Source: Deltaproteobacteria bacterium
GTDB lineage: Bacteria > Myxococcota > JACRCW01
Direction: 5' to 3'
Length of the DNA: 64,000 nucleotides
Assembly (NCBI GenBank): GCA_016218805.1
Contig: JACRCW010000109.1
Span: 1-64,000, forward strand
Shown: one piece after another, positions 29,467-37,339 of the stretch
Numbering within the stretch: the stretch's first letter is position 1
Layout of the letters: every line of letters starts with the position of its first letter
Position numbers and translations under genes: made by a program
The notes under the pieces: model-generated
Told to the model about the DNA's origin: nothing
The model's input: only the letters and a program-made list of their open reading frames with translations
The model's database searches: none

Positions 29467-31068
29467 ATGGCTTCTCGCCGGAACGTCGTCATCTCGCTGC
29501 TGGGGCCCACGCTGGACGCCGGGCAGGGACCGGCCCGCTGGAAGCGCTGGCGGCCCAACGTGGCGCTGGCCGGACAGGCGGACCTCCCCGTGACGCGCGT
29601 GGAGCTGCTGTACCAGGACCGCTTCCGCAACCTCGCCACGCTGGTTGAAGACGACATCCGCCACGTGAGCCCGGACACGGAAGTGCGCTTGCATGAACTG
29701 CCCGTGACCGACCCGTGGAACCTGGAGCAGGTGTACGGCGCGCTGCATGACTTTGCGCGCGCGTACGCGTTCAACACCGACCGCGAGGACTACCTCATCC
29801 ACATCACCACCGGGACGCACATTGCCCAGATCTGCATGTTCCTGTTGACGGAGTCCCGCTACTTCCCCGCGCGGTTGCTGCAGACGTCCCCGCCGCCGCG
29901 CGGGCAACGCCCCGCCGGCCCGGGTACCCACGCCATCATTGACCTGGACCTGTCCCGCTATGACCGCCTGGCCAGCCGGTTCCGCCAGGAACTCACGGAG
30001 GACCTGAGCTTTCTCAAGGGCGGGATCGACACGCGCAACGCGCCGTTCAACCGTCTCATCGAACAGATCGAACGTGTCGCCGTCGCGTCACGCGCGCCCA
30101 TGCTGCTGATGGGGCCCACCGGGGCGGGCAAGAGCCAGCTCGCGCGGCGCATCCACGAGCTCAAGAAGCAGCGGCGCCAGTTGAGCGGTGAGTTTGTGGA
30201 GGTCAATTGCGCCACGCTCCGCGGTGACGGGGCCATGAGCGCGCTGTTTGGTCACGTGCGCGGCGCGTTCACCGGCGCCACGGGGGACCGGCCCGGCCTG
30301 CTGCGCAAGGCGCACGGCGGCATGCTTTTTCTTGACGAGATCGGCGAGCTGGGAGCGGACGAACAGGCCATGCTGCTGCGCGCGGTGGAGGAGAAGACGT
30401 TCCTGCCCATGGGCAGTGACCGCGAGGTGCACAGCGAGTTCCAGCTCATCGCCGGCACCAACCGGGACCTGCACGCGCGCGTGGTGGACGGTGGTTTCCG
30501 CGAAGACCTGCTGTCGCGCATCAACCTGTGGACCTTCCGCCTCCCCGGTCTCAAGGAGCGCCCGGAGGACGTGGAGCCCAACCTGGAGTTTGAACTGCGC
30601 GAGGCCGCGCGCCTGCTCGGCGTGCACGTGACCTTCAGCCGCGAGGCGCGCCAGCGCTTCCTGGACTTCGCCACGTCGGGCGAGGCGACCTGGGCGGGCA
30701 ACTTCCGCGACTTCAACGCCAGCGTGACGCGCATGGCCACGCTGGCGGACGGCGGCCGCATCTCCACCGGCGTTGTGGACAGCGAGCTTGCCCGCCTGCG
30801 TGCGCAATGGTCCCGTCCCGGCACCCCGGGCGACACCGACGCGCTGGCGGGCGTGCTGCCCCGCCCGGCGGACGTGGACCTGTTCGACCGCGCGCAGCTC
30901 GTCGAGGTCATCCGTACGTGTCGCGGCTCCAAGAGCCTGTCGGAGGCCGGGCGCCGCCTGTTCGCGGCCTCACGCGCACGCCGCCGCAGCGTGAATGATG
31001 CGGACCGGCTGCGGAAGTACCTCGCGCGCTTTGGGCTGACGTGGGCGGACGTGCACGCGGGTGAGTGA
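29467..31068 (+). CDS. rtcR: RNA repair transcriptional activator RtcR (CARF + AAA+ + HTH)
   Basis: RWKRWRPNV, DPWNLEQVYGALHDFA, HITTGTHIAQIC, GPTGAGKS, GAFTGA, NDADRLRKYLARFGLTW; alternative GTG start at 29449. Confidence 0.95.
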   Translation: MASRRNVVISLLGPTLDAGQGPARWKRWRPNVALAGQADLPVTRVELLYQDRFRNLATLVEDDIRHVSPDTEVRLHELPVTDPWNLEQVYGALHDFARAYAFNTDREDYLIHITTGTHIAQICMFLLTESRYFPARLLQTSPPPRGQRPAGPGTHAIIDLDLSRYDRLASRFRQELTEDLSFLKGGIDTRNAPFNRLIEQIERVAVASRAPMLLMGPTGAGKSQLARRIHELKKQRRQLSGEFVEVNCATLRGDGAMSALFGHVRGAFTGATGDRPGLLRKAHGGMLFLDEIGELGADEQAMLLRAVEEKTFLPMGSDREVHSEFQLIAGTNRDLHARVVDGGFREDLLSRINLWTFRLPGLKERPEDVEPNLEFELREAARLLGVHVTFSREARQRFLDFATSGEATWAGNFRDFNASVTRMATLADGGRISTGVVDSELARLRAQWSRPGTPGDTDALAGVLPRPADVDLFDRAQLVEVIRTCRGSKSLSEAGRRLFAASRARRRSVNDADRLRKYLARFGLTWADVHAGE

Positions 31069-31074
31069 CGTCGT

Positions 31075-32427
31075 TCAGCGCTTCTTGCGGACGGGCTTCT
31101 TCTTCTTGGGCGCGGGCTTGCGGCGCGGCAGCACCGGCGGAATGGCCAGGTCCGGCGCGTAGGAATTGAAATCCACAAATCCCGCGGCCCGGATGTGCGC
31201 CTGGAACGCCTGCACCAGCGCGCCTTCCCAGCGCGGCGTGTACGGGTAGAGGTCCCACGCCACAATGCCGCGCTCCTTGTCGTAGGACAGGGCCAGGTGA
31301 CCGCCGTTGGCCAGCGCGCGGTACTCGTGCGCGTAGCGGTCCGTCTCATAGCTGTGCCGGCTGGCGAACTCCTCCGCACCCATGCTGCGCTCAAAGTCCG
31401 CCACCGCCAGCACCACGTCCTCGACGGACGGCTTGTGGAACGGGCTGGCTTTCACATCCGCAAAGCTGTGCAGCCGGTCATGCAGCTGCCCCTCAATGAT
31501 GTCACCCAGCGGGATGGTGTCGCCCGGCGGATAGGGGTCGGGCCCGGCGGTGCGGCGCAACAGGTACAAATCCGAGCGGTACCAGTTCTCCACAAAGCCC
31601 TGGTAATAATACACGCTCAGCTCGTACATCACGTCTTCCACGTCGACGGGGAGCTGCCGCGCCACGCGTTCAAACACACGCCGCGCCAACGGGTGTACGC
31701 AGGTGAACACCGCGCCGCCGGGCCGCAGCGCGCTGGTCGCGCGTGACAGGAACGCCACCAGGCAGCGCTCGTAGCTCATGGGGTCGGTCAGCACGACGTC
31801 AAACGCGCCCACCATGGACGGGGGCAGCGGCGCCAGCACGTCCAGCACGCGCGCGTCCAGCTTGATGCGCTCCTCGCGCGCGCACCGCGCAATGAAGTCC
31901 ACCAGGACCTCGTCGATATCGATCACCGTGACGGCATGACCCATCTTGGCCAGCACGGGCGCCAGCAGGTCGTCGTCACCAATGATCAGCACCTTCTTGC
32001 GCGTCCCGATCCGGCGCGTGAGTTCCCAGCAGCGCGCCACGCCGCACTCCGGGAGCACCGCCGTCTGCCCGTACTCAAACAGGCTCATCTTCCGCCGCGC
32101 GTGCATCCGGCGGTTGAGCGCGGACAGCGCCTCGCGGTCCGGACAGTCCCACGCGTGCCACGCGTAGCCCGCCCCCAGCGTGCGCAGCCGGTCCTCAATC
32201 GCCGGGTCATCCCAGCCCAGCCCGTCGTCAGCCAGGCCCGCCTGCCGCAGCCGCGCAAACGCGGGCCCGGACGGCGTGTCGTCGTCCTCGCCGTGCGCCA
32301 GCCGGCGCAGTTCCTCCGCGTGCTCCCCCTCCAGGAGCACCACGCGCGGCGTGGAGATGGACGCCACCGTGCTCATCCGCGGCGCCTGCGCCACCACGGC
32401 GAACGCCCCGTTCACCAGCCTGCGCAT
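31075..32427 (-). CDS. BpsA/DUF43-like aminopropyltransferase (branched-chain polyamine synthase family) fused to a degenerate AdoMetDC-like domain
   Basis: EYGQ, IIGDDDLL, VIDIDE, FDVVLTDP motifs of the BpsA family; the C-terminal part aligns by eye to the neighbouring SpeD. Confidence 0.75.
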   Translation of the reverse strand: MRRLVNGAFAVVAQAPRMSTVASISTPRVVLLEGEHAEELRRLAHGEDDDTPSGPAFARLRQAGLADDGLGWDDPAIEDRLRTLGAGYAWHAWDCPDREALSALNRRMHARRKMSLFEYGQTAVLPECGVARCWELTRRIGTRKKVLIIGDDDLLAPVLAKMGHAVTVIDIDEVLVDFIARCAREERIKLDARVLDVLAPLPPSMVGAFDVVLTDPMSYERCLVAFLSRATSALRPGGAVFTCVHPLARRVFERVARQLPVDVEDVMYELSVYYYQGFVENWYRSDLYLLRRTAGPDPYPPGDTIPLGDIIEGQLHDRLHSFADVKASPFHKPSVEDVVLAVADFERSMGAEEFASRHSYETDRYAHEYRALANGGHLALSYDKERGIVAWDLYPYTPRWEGALVQAFQAHIRAAGFVDFNSYAPDLAIPPVLPRRKPAPKKKKPVRKKR

Positions 32428-32443
32428 GCCGCCTCCGCCGCCG

Positions 32444-33115
32444 TCACCAGGGATACGAAAGTCGCTCGCCCAGCCGCCACGGCGCGCCCTCGCCGGTGGA
32501 GCGGATGGCGCCGTGGTCCACCAGCAAAGCCAGTTCCTTCTGCAACTCCGCCGGGTCCGGCACCGGGTAGCCCCACTGCGTGAGGTGGCGTTTCACGGCG
32601 TCGGCCACCTTCTCGCGCGCCACCTCGCGGTTGGCCTCCACCGCGTGCAGCGCCATCAGCACCGCCACGGTGCGCTCCGTCAGCGGCTCCTTGCGGCTGC
32701 GGCACACCGACGTCAGCGACGTCAACAACAGCGTCACGCAGCGCACCCGGTCCGCGTTGTCCAGGCGGTTCTTGCCGCCCACGCCCAGCATCCGCGCCAC
32801 GCTGATGATGCGGAACGGGTCAATGTGCAGGTCGCCCACCTCTTCGGGGTCCTTCTCCAGCAGGTCCGGGCGCACCTCCAGCCCCTTGGGACCCAACCGG
32901 TACAGCTCACCGTCAATGAACCATTTGCCCCACTGCGCATACAGCCGGCGCCGCAGACGCGTGGCGGAGCGGCTCATGTCAACCCGCACGGCCGTGCGTG
33001 ACAGGTCCTCCGCCACCCCCTCCGGCTTGATGTCCGGCAGCCGCTTGGCAAGGAACGGCTTGAGATCCTTGGTCAGGACCGCCTGGCAGTCTTCCAGCTT
33101 CTTGGACCAGAGCAT
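32444..33115 (-). CDS. Hypothetical protein, possible C-terminal winged helix
   Basis: GGAG RBS before MLWSKK; C-terminus ELQKELALLVDHGAIRS..G..WRL is wHTH-like; 16 bp upstream of the BpsA-like gene. Confidence 0.65.
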   Translation of the reverse strand: MLWSKKLEDCQAVLTKDLKPFLAKRLPDIKPEGVAEDLSRTAVRVDMSRSATRLRRRLYAQWGKWFIDGELYRLGPKGLEVRPDLLEKDPEEVGDLHIDPFRIISVARMLGVGGKNRLDNADRVRCVTLLLTSLTSVCRSRKEPLTERTVAVLMALHAVEANREVAREKVADAVKRHLTQWGYPVPDPAELQKELALLVDHGAIRSTGEGAPWRLGERLSYPW

Positions 33116-33382
33116 CGGCGCGTGGTCTCCTGGCCCCCGCTCAACCCGGGCGCTCCCGTATCGCACAGACGGTCGCCCCATCGCCACAAGCGCCTGCCAG
33201 AGCTGCAAACCGGAAAACTTTGCCGGAAACCGCTGAGACCGCCCTCCAAACGGAAGATCTGTTGCGCCGTATCAGTCAAAAGGAGGACGCTTTCCACGCT
33301 ACACGGCGCGGGCCGCGACCGAAAAGGTTAGTGTCCTCTAGATAGGGAACGGCGCCCTGGGCGCCCTCGCAAGGAGAAGCAT

Positions 33383-34648
33383 ATGACCCTCGCACTCACT
33401 GGCAACTCGTTGGGCATGCAGAGCGCCCAGATGCTCGAACGGTTGGGCTTCAGCGGCATCGGTGCGTCGGCCATTGGTGCCGAGCTCGATGCTTCCGTCG
33501 GGGACATCCCCGGCGTGATGCGCAACCTGACGGACATGTACAGCAAGGGCCTCACGGGCGGGATGGATCGCCTGTTCGGCGCAGGGCTGCCCCCCTTCTC
33601 GTTTGTTCCCCGCCCCGGCGAAATGCTGGCCCGGAACCTGGACCGCGCGGGCGTGGGCTTCAACCCGTTTGGCGGCACGTCCCGCGAGATGCCCTTTGGC
33701 CGTGGCCCCATGGCCCGCGCCATGGAGCGCGCCATCAAGCACAACCCGCTGTTCAAGGCCCAGATGGAGCGCGCCCTTGGAGGCGTGATCATCCCGGACG
33801 GCCGGAATGACGGGAAGCTCAGCGTGTTCCGCCCGCCCTTCAACACCGTGGGTGGGATCATGCAGCAGGCCGCGGCGGCCGGCGCCATGAAGGGTATGGC
33901 TGCGGCGCTGGCGTCCTTGCCGCTGCCCCTGGGCGCGGGTCCCCTGGCCAGCGCGCTGGGCCGTCTGGCGGGCAACATGGCCAACTTTGCGGCGGGTGGC
34001 GCGCAGGGCGCGGGTGGCATCCAGGCGCAGACCGCGGGTGGTGCGGGTGCGGCGGGTGGCGCCGGTGGCGTGCAGCAGGGCAGCTGGGCCTCCACGCTGT
34101 CCCCGGAAGACAAGACGTTTGCTGAGGGCATGGGTGTGAGCCTGGGCAACGCCTCCTTTGAGGATGTCCTCTTCATTCTTCTCATGAAGTACGCGAAGAA
34201 GAAGGAAGACGACATCATGAAGAAGGTGAAGGAGCTCGACCAGTCCATGCAGAAGGGCGGCGAGGAAGGCGGCGGCAAGGGCGGCAAGGGTGGCAAGGGC
34301 GGCAAGGGCGGCCTGCTGGGCGGCATCGGCAAGATCGCGGGCGGCGCCATCGGCGGCCCCATTGGCGGCATGGTCGGCGGCATGGTTGGCAACGCGGTCG
34401 GCGGTGCACTTGGCGGCGGTGGCGCACAGGGCGCCGGCGGCGGCGGTGGTGGCGGCGGTGGCGGCGGCGGACTGGAAGGCGCGGATCTGGGTCAGAAGAT
34501 GGATCCGTCCAAGATGTCCGACACCATGAAGCAGCAGATGCTGCAGAAGCTCATGGGCGACCTGCAGAAGCTGTACGAGATGCTGTCAAACATGATCAAG
34601 ACGATGCACGACATGCAGATGACGCCGGTGCGCAACCTGCGCGGCTGA
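33383..34648 (+). CDS. Gly-rich putative secreted protein with a T3SS needle/filament-like C-terminal helix
   Basis: AAGGAG RBS; no Sec signal; glycine-zipper region; ends LQKLMGDLQKLYEMLSNMIKTMHDMQMTPVRNLRG. Confidence 0.8.
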   Translation: MTLALTGNSLGMQSAQMLERLGFSGIGASAIGAELDASVGDIPGVMRNLTDMYSKGLTGGMDRLFGAGLPPFSFVPRPGEMLARNLDRAGVGFNPFGGTSREMPFGRGPMARAMERAIKHNPLFKAQMERALGGVIIPDGRNDGKLSVFRPPFNTVGGIMQQAAAAGAMKGMAAALASLPLPLGAGPLASALGRLAGNMANFAAGGAQGAGGIQAQTAGGAGAAGGAGGVQQGSWASTLSPEDKTFAEGMGVSLGNASFEDVLFILLMKYAKKKEDDIMKKVKELDQSMQKGGEEGGGKGGKGGKGGKGGLLGGIGKIAGGAIGGPIGGMVGGMVGNAVGGALGGGGAQGAGGGGGGGGGGGGLEGADLGQKMDPSKMSDTMKQQMLQKLMGDLQKLYEMLSNMIKTMHDMQMTPVRNLRG

Positions 34649-34679
34649 TTCGGTCGGCAACGTTGTGGGATCCTCGGGA

Positions 34680-34710
34680 GAGCCGGCCAGCGCGCCGGCT
34701 CTTCCTTTTT
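34680..34710 (+). terminator. Rho-independent terminator
   Basis: GAGCCGGC-cagcgc-GCCGGCTC hairpin followed by TTCCTTTTT. Confidence 0.75.
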
Positions 34711-34717
34711 CCCCGCT

Positions 34718-35080
34718 TCAGGCCGGCGTGACCTGTGTGCCGCGCGCCTGCTCCTTCACCGCGTGGCGGCCGGGCTTCATGGCGCGGAGAATGGGCTCCA
34801 CGCCGTGGCGGGGCAGCGCGTTGCCACAGGTGAAGATGTCCACCGCGGCGTAGCCCACCTCCGGCCACGTGTGGATGGACAGATGGCTCTCGGCAACGAG
34901 CACGACGACGGACGCGCCCTGCGGTTCGAATTTGTGGTCCACGGTCCCGAGGATGGTGCAGCGCGCCGCCGCCGCCGCCTCATGCAGGACACCGCGCAGG
35001 AAGTCCACGTCGTCCAGGAGGCGGGGTTCCACCTCATACAGCTCAATGAAGAGGTGCGTGGCAAGTGCGGCTTGGGTCAT
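34718..35080 (-). CDS. speD: S-adenosylmethionine decarboxylase proenzyme (class 1B)
   Basis: HKFEPQG, LVAESHLSIHTWPEVGYAAVDIFTCG with an intact ES self-cleavage site. Confidence 0.95.
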   Translation of the reverse strand: MTQAALATHLFIELYEVEPRLLDDVDFLRGVLHEAAAAARCTILGTVDHKFEPQGASVVVLVAESHLSIHTWPEVGYAAVDIFTCGNALPRHGVEPILRAMKPGRHAVKEQARGTQVTPA

Positions 35081-35113
35081 CAAACGCGATGAAACGCGAC
35101 GCCCACGTGACTG

Positions 35114-36271
35114 TCAACGACGGCGGGCTTTGGGCGGCGCCACGGCACCCGCCTGCCACAGGATGTAGGCACCGCGCCGCGCCAGCACCGTGCCGCCTGC
35201 CGGCGCGTCACGCGCAGCCTTGTCGCGCAGCAACCACAGGACGCGGCCACCCGGTGCGAGCCACCCGCGTGACGCGGCCAGCCGCGCCGCAGCCTCGTCG
35301 CGGGGTTCCTGCGGGTGCACTTCGCCCACCACCAGCTGCGGGGCGGGCCCCTCTGCCAGCGCGTCTTCCGGGTGCAGCGTGTCGCGCACGGCCAGGTCCA
35401 CGCCGTGGGCCCCCGCGTTGCGCCGCGAGTACGTCGTGGCCATCATGTCCCGGTCCATGACGGTGACACGGAAGCCGCGCTGCGCCAGCACAATGGCCGC
35501 TGCGCCGTAGCCCGCGCGCACGCACCACGCCGCACCGGCACCCGTGCGCGGGAGACACTCCAGCAGCAGCGGCACCGCGTCGCGCAGGTGTGCCGGGTCC
35601 TCGTTGAAGTCATGCGGGCGGTCCAGCGCCAATGGCGTGCCGCCCGCGTCCACCCGCACGGCGTCCAGCCGGTAGAGCGTCTCGTGGTCCGGCCAGTCAC
35701 CGGGCGTGGGGTCCAGCGCGAACACCACGTGGCGCGGCCCGTCCACCACCCGCCGCAGCGCCCAGCCGCGCGCCCTCCCCTGCGCCTCCACCACGGCGGC
35801 CAGGTCCGTGATGACGACGACACGCAGCTGGCCACCGGGCGCCAGGCGCGCGGCACCGGCCCCCAGCAGGTAGCCGATGGCCTCCGCGCCGATGCGCGCG
35901 GGCACGTTGCAGAGGATCCAGTCCCAGTGTCCCGGCGCCACGTCGCGGTAGCCCAGGCTCCCCGCGCAGGTCACACCCGTGCAGGCGTTGGCGCGCGCGT
36001 TGAGGGCCGCCCAATCCACGGCGAGCAGGTCACGGTCCACCAGGTGGACGCGCGCCGCGGGGTGCGCCCGCGCAACCGGAATGCCCAGCGCGCCCCAGCC
36101 GCACCCCACGTCCAGCACGGACGTGGGACGGCCTGCCGGCAGGTGGTCCAGCAACAGCAGCGTCCCGTCATCCACGCGGTCATGCGAGAACAGGCCGCGG
36201 TCGGTCCGGAAGGCGAGCTCGTGTCCCAGGAGCGTGGCGCGCAGCGTGGTCACGGGCGCGGCGTTGAGCAC
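35114..36271 (-). CDS. RsmC-like methyltransferase (tandem MTS domains)
   Basis: GLFSHDRVDDGTLLLL, VLDVGCGWGALG, DWILCNVP; degenerate second domain; start uncertain. Confidence 0.8.
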   Translation of the reverse strand: MLNAAPVTTLRATLLGHELAFRTDRGLFSHDRVDDGTLLLLDHLPAGRPTSVLDVGCGWGALGIPVARAHPAARVHLVDRDLLAVDWAALNARANACTGVTCAGSLGYRDVAPGHWDWILCNVPARIGAEAIGYLLGAGAARLAPGGQLRVVVITDLAAVVEAQGRARGWALRRVVDGPRHVVFALDPTPGDWPDHETLYRLDAVRVDAGGTPLALDRPHDFNEDPAHLRDAVPLLLECLPRTGAGAAWCVRAGYGAAAIVLAQRGFRVTVMDRDMMATTYSRRNAGAHGVDLAVRDTLHPEDALAEGPAPQLVVGEVHPQEPRDEAAARLAASRGWLAPGGRVLWLLRDKAARDAPAGGTVLARRGAYILWQAGAVAPPKARRR

Positions 36272-36287
36272 CGGCGTGCGTGCCGCG

Positions 36288-36812
36288 TCAACCGCCGCTG
36301 AGCGCGGCGCCCCCGGCCAGCAACCGGTCAATGTGCGCCACCAGGCGGACCACGTCTTCCGCGGTCATCCACGGGTTGGACAGGTGACGCTGCACCATCA
36401 CGGGGGTCATTCCCAGCCGGCGCCCCTCCTCCACCGCCACCGCGTAGCCCTCAATCTCCGTCGGGCGGTCCACGTAGGCAAAGCGCTCATCCCACAGGTC
36501 CGCGCCCTCGGACAGCTGGCGCAGGTGGGTCAGCTCGTGCAGGAGATCCAGGTAGAGGTCCAGGCCGGAACCGCCGCGGTAGTACCACTCCGACAGCACG
36601 ATGCACGGCACGTTGACGTCCACGTACGCGTAGCCGCGGCCCGCCTGCACGGCGACGCGCGCGCCGGCCACCAGCGTGCGCGCGGCCTCGGCTGACGGCG
36701 TGATCCGGCGCAACGCAGGGCTCTGCAGCACGTGCGGCAGCAGGGCGGCGTAGGGGTGGAGGCCCTCCGGGAGCGACCGGTCCACCACGGCAAAGTCTGG
36801 CAGGGTCCGCAT
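36288..36812 (-). CDS. Small zincin-like (HExxH...E) protein
   Basis: LLHELTHLRQ followed by PTEIEGY. Confidence 0.65.
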   Translation of the reverse strand: MRTLPDFAVVDRSLPEGLHPYAALLPHVLQSPALRRITPSAEAARTLVAGARVAVQAGRGYAYVDVNVPCIVLSEWYYRGGSGLDLYLDLLHELTHLRQLSEGADLWDERFAYVDRPTEIEGYAVAVEEGRRLGMTPVMVQRHLSNPWMTAEDVVRLVAHIDRLLAGGAALSGG

Positions 36813-36855
36813 CCGCCTGGACGTAGGGACAGGGCGGCGCGCCTGCAACCGCGCA

Positions 36856-36885
36856 GAAACAAAGAGGCCGCCCGTGGGCGGCCTC
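36856..36885 (-). terminator. Rho-independent terminator after the FYDLN gene
   Basis: Minus strand GAGGCCGCCC-ac-GGGCGGCCTC then TTTGTTTC. Confidence 0.7.
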
Positions 36886-36911
36886 CGGTCAACCTGGGGC
36901 GCGAGAGTGGG

Positions 36912-37208
36912 TCACTCCTCCTCGGGGCCCGCTTCCTCGGCCTCCGCGGGCTCGTCGTCCGCCTCGGCCTCCTCGTCGTTGACCAGCTCGTCCATGTCGG
37001 CCTCGTAGTTGCCTTCCTCGTCAAACTCCTCGGCCTCAGCACCGTCACGGGAGCCCTTCTTCTGGCCCTTCTCCACGGCCTTGAGCGCCGGGTCATCCTT
37101 GGGGTCAGACCCGCACTTGGGGCACCGGGGATCCGGCTTCTTCATGTCGTAGAACTTCGTGGCGCAGCTGAAGCAGGTGTACTTGGTGCCGAACTTGGGA
37201 TGATTCAT
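36912..37208 (-). CDS. FYDLN acid domain (TIGR02300-type) zinc-ribbon protein
   Basis: GTKYTCFSCATKFYDMKKPDPRCPKCG plus acidic tail. Confidence 0.88.
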   Translation of the reverse strand: MNHPKFGTKYTCFSCATKFYDMKKPDPRCPKCGSDPKDDPALKAVEKGQKKGSRDGAEAEEFDEEGNYEADMDELVNDEEAEADDEPAEAEEAGPEEE

Positions 37209-37339
37209 GGGGTTGGGTCCTCGTCGCGTCGCCACAGCTCGTGCGCCGCGGGCGCGGGCGGATTGGCACAGCACCCAAAGACGTGTCAACAACCGTCCGC
37301 AGCGCGCCGCGTCCCGTCGGCGCCGCCCCGGAGGAACGC

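Noticed and set aside
33298..33326. Sigma-28-like promoter (TACA...ACCGAAAA) upstream of the Gly-rich gene
   Set aside because: Mismatches in both boxes and a 14-nt spacer; too weak to call.
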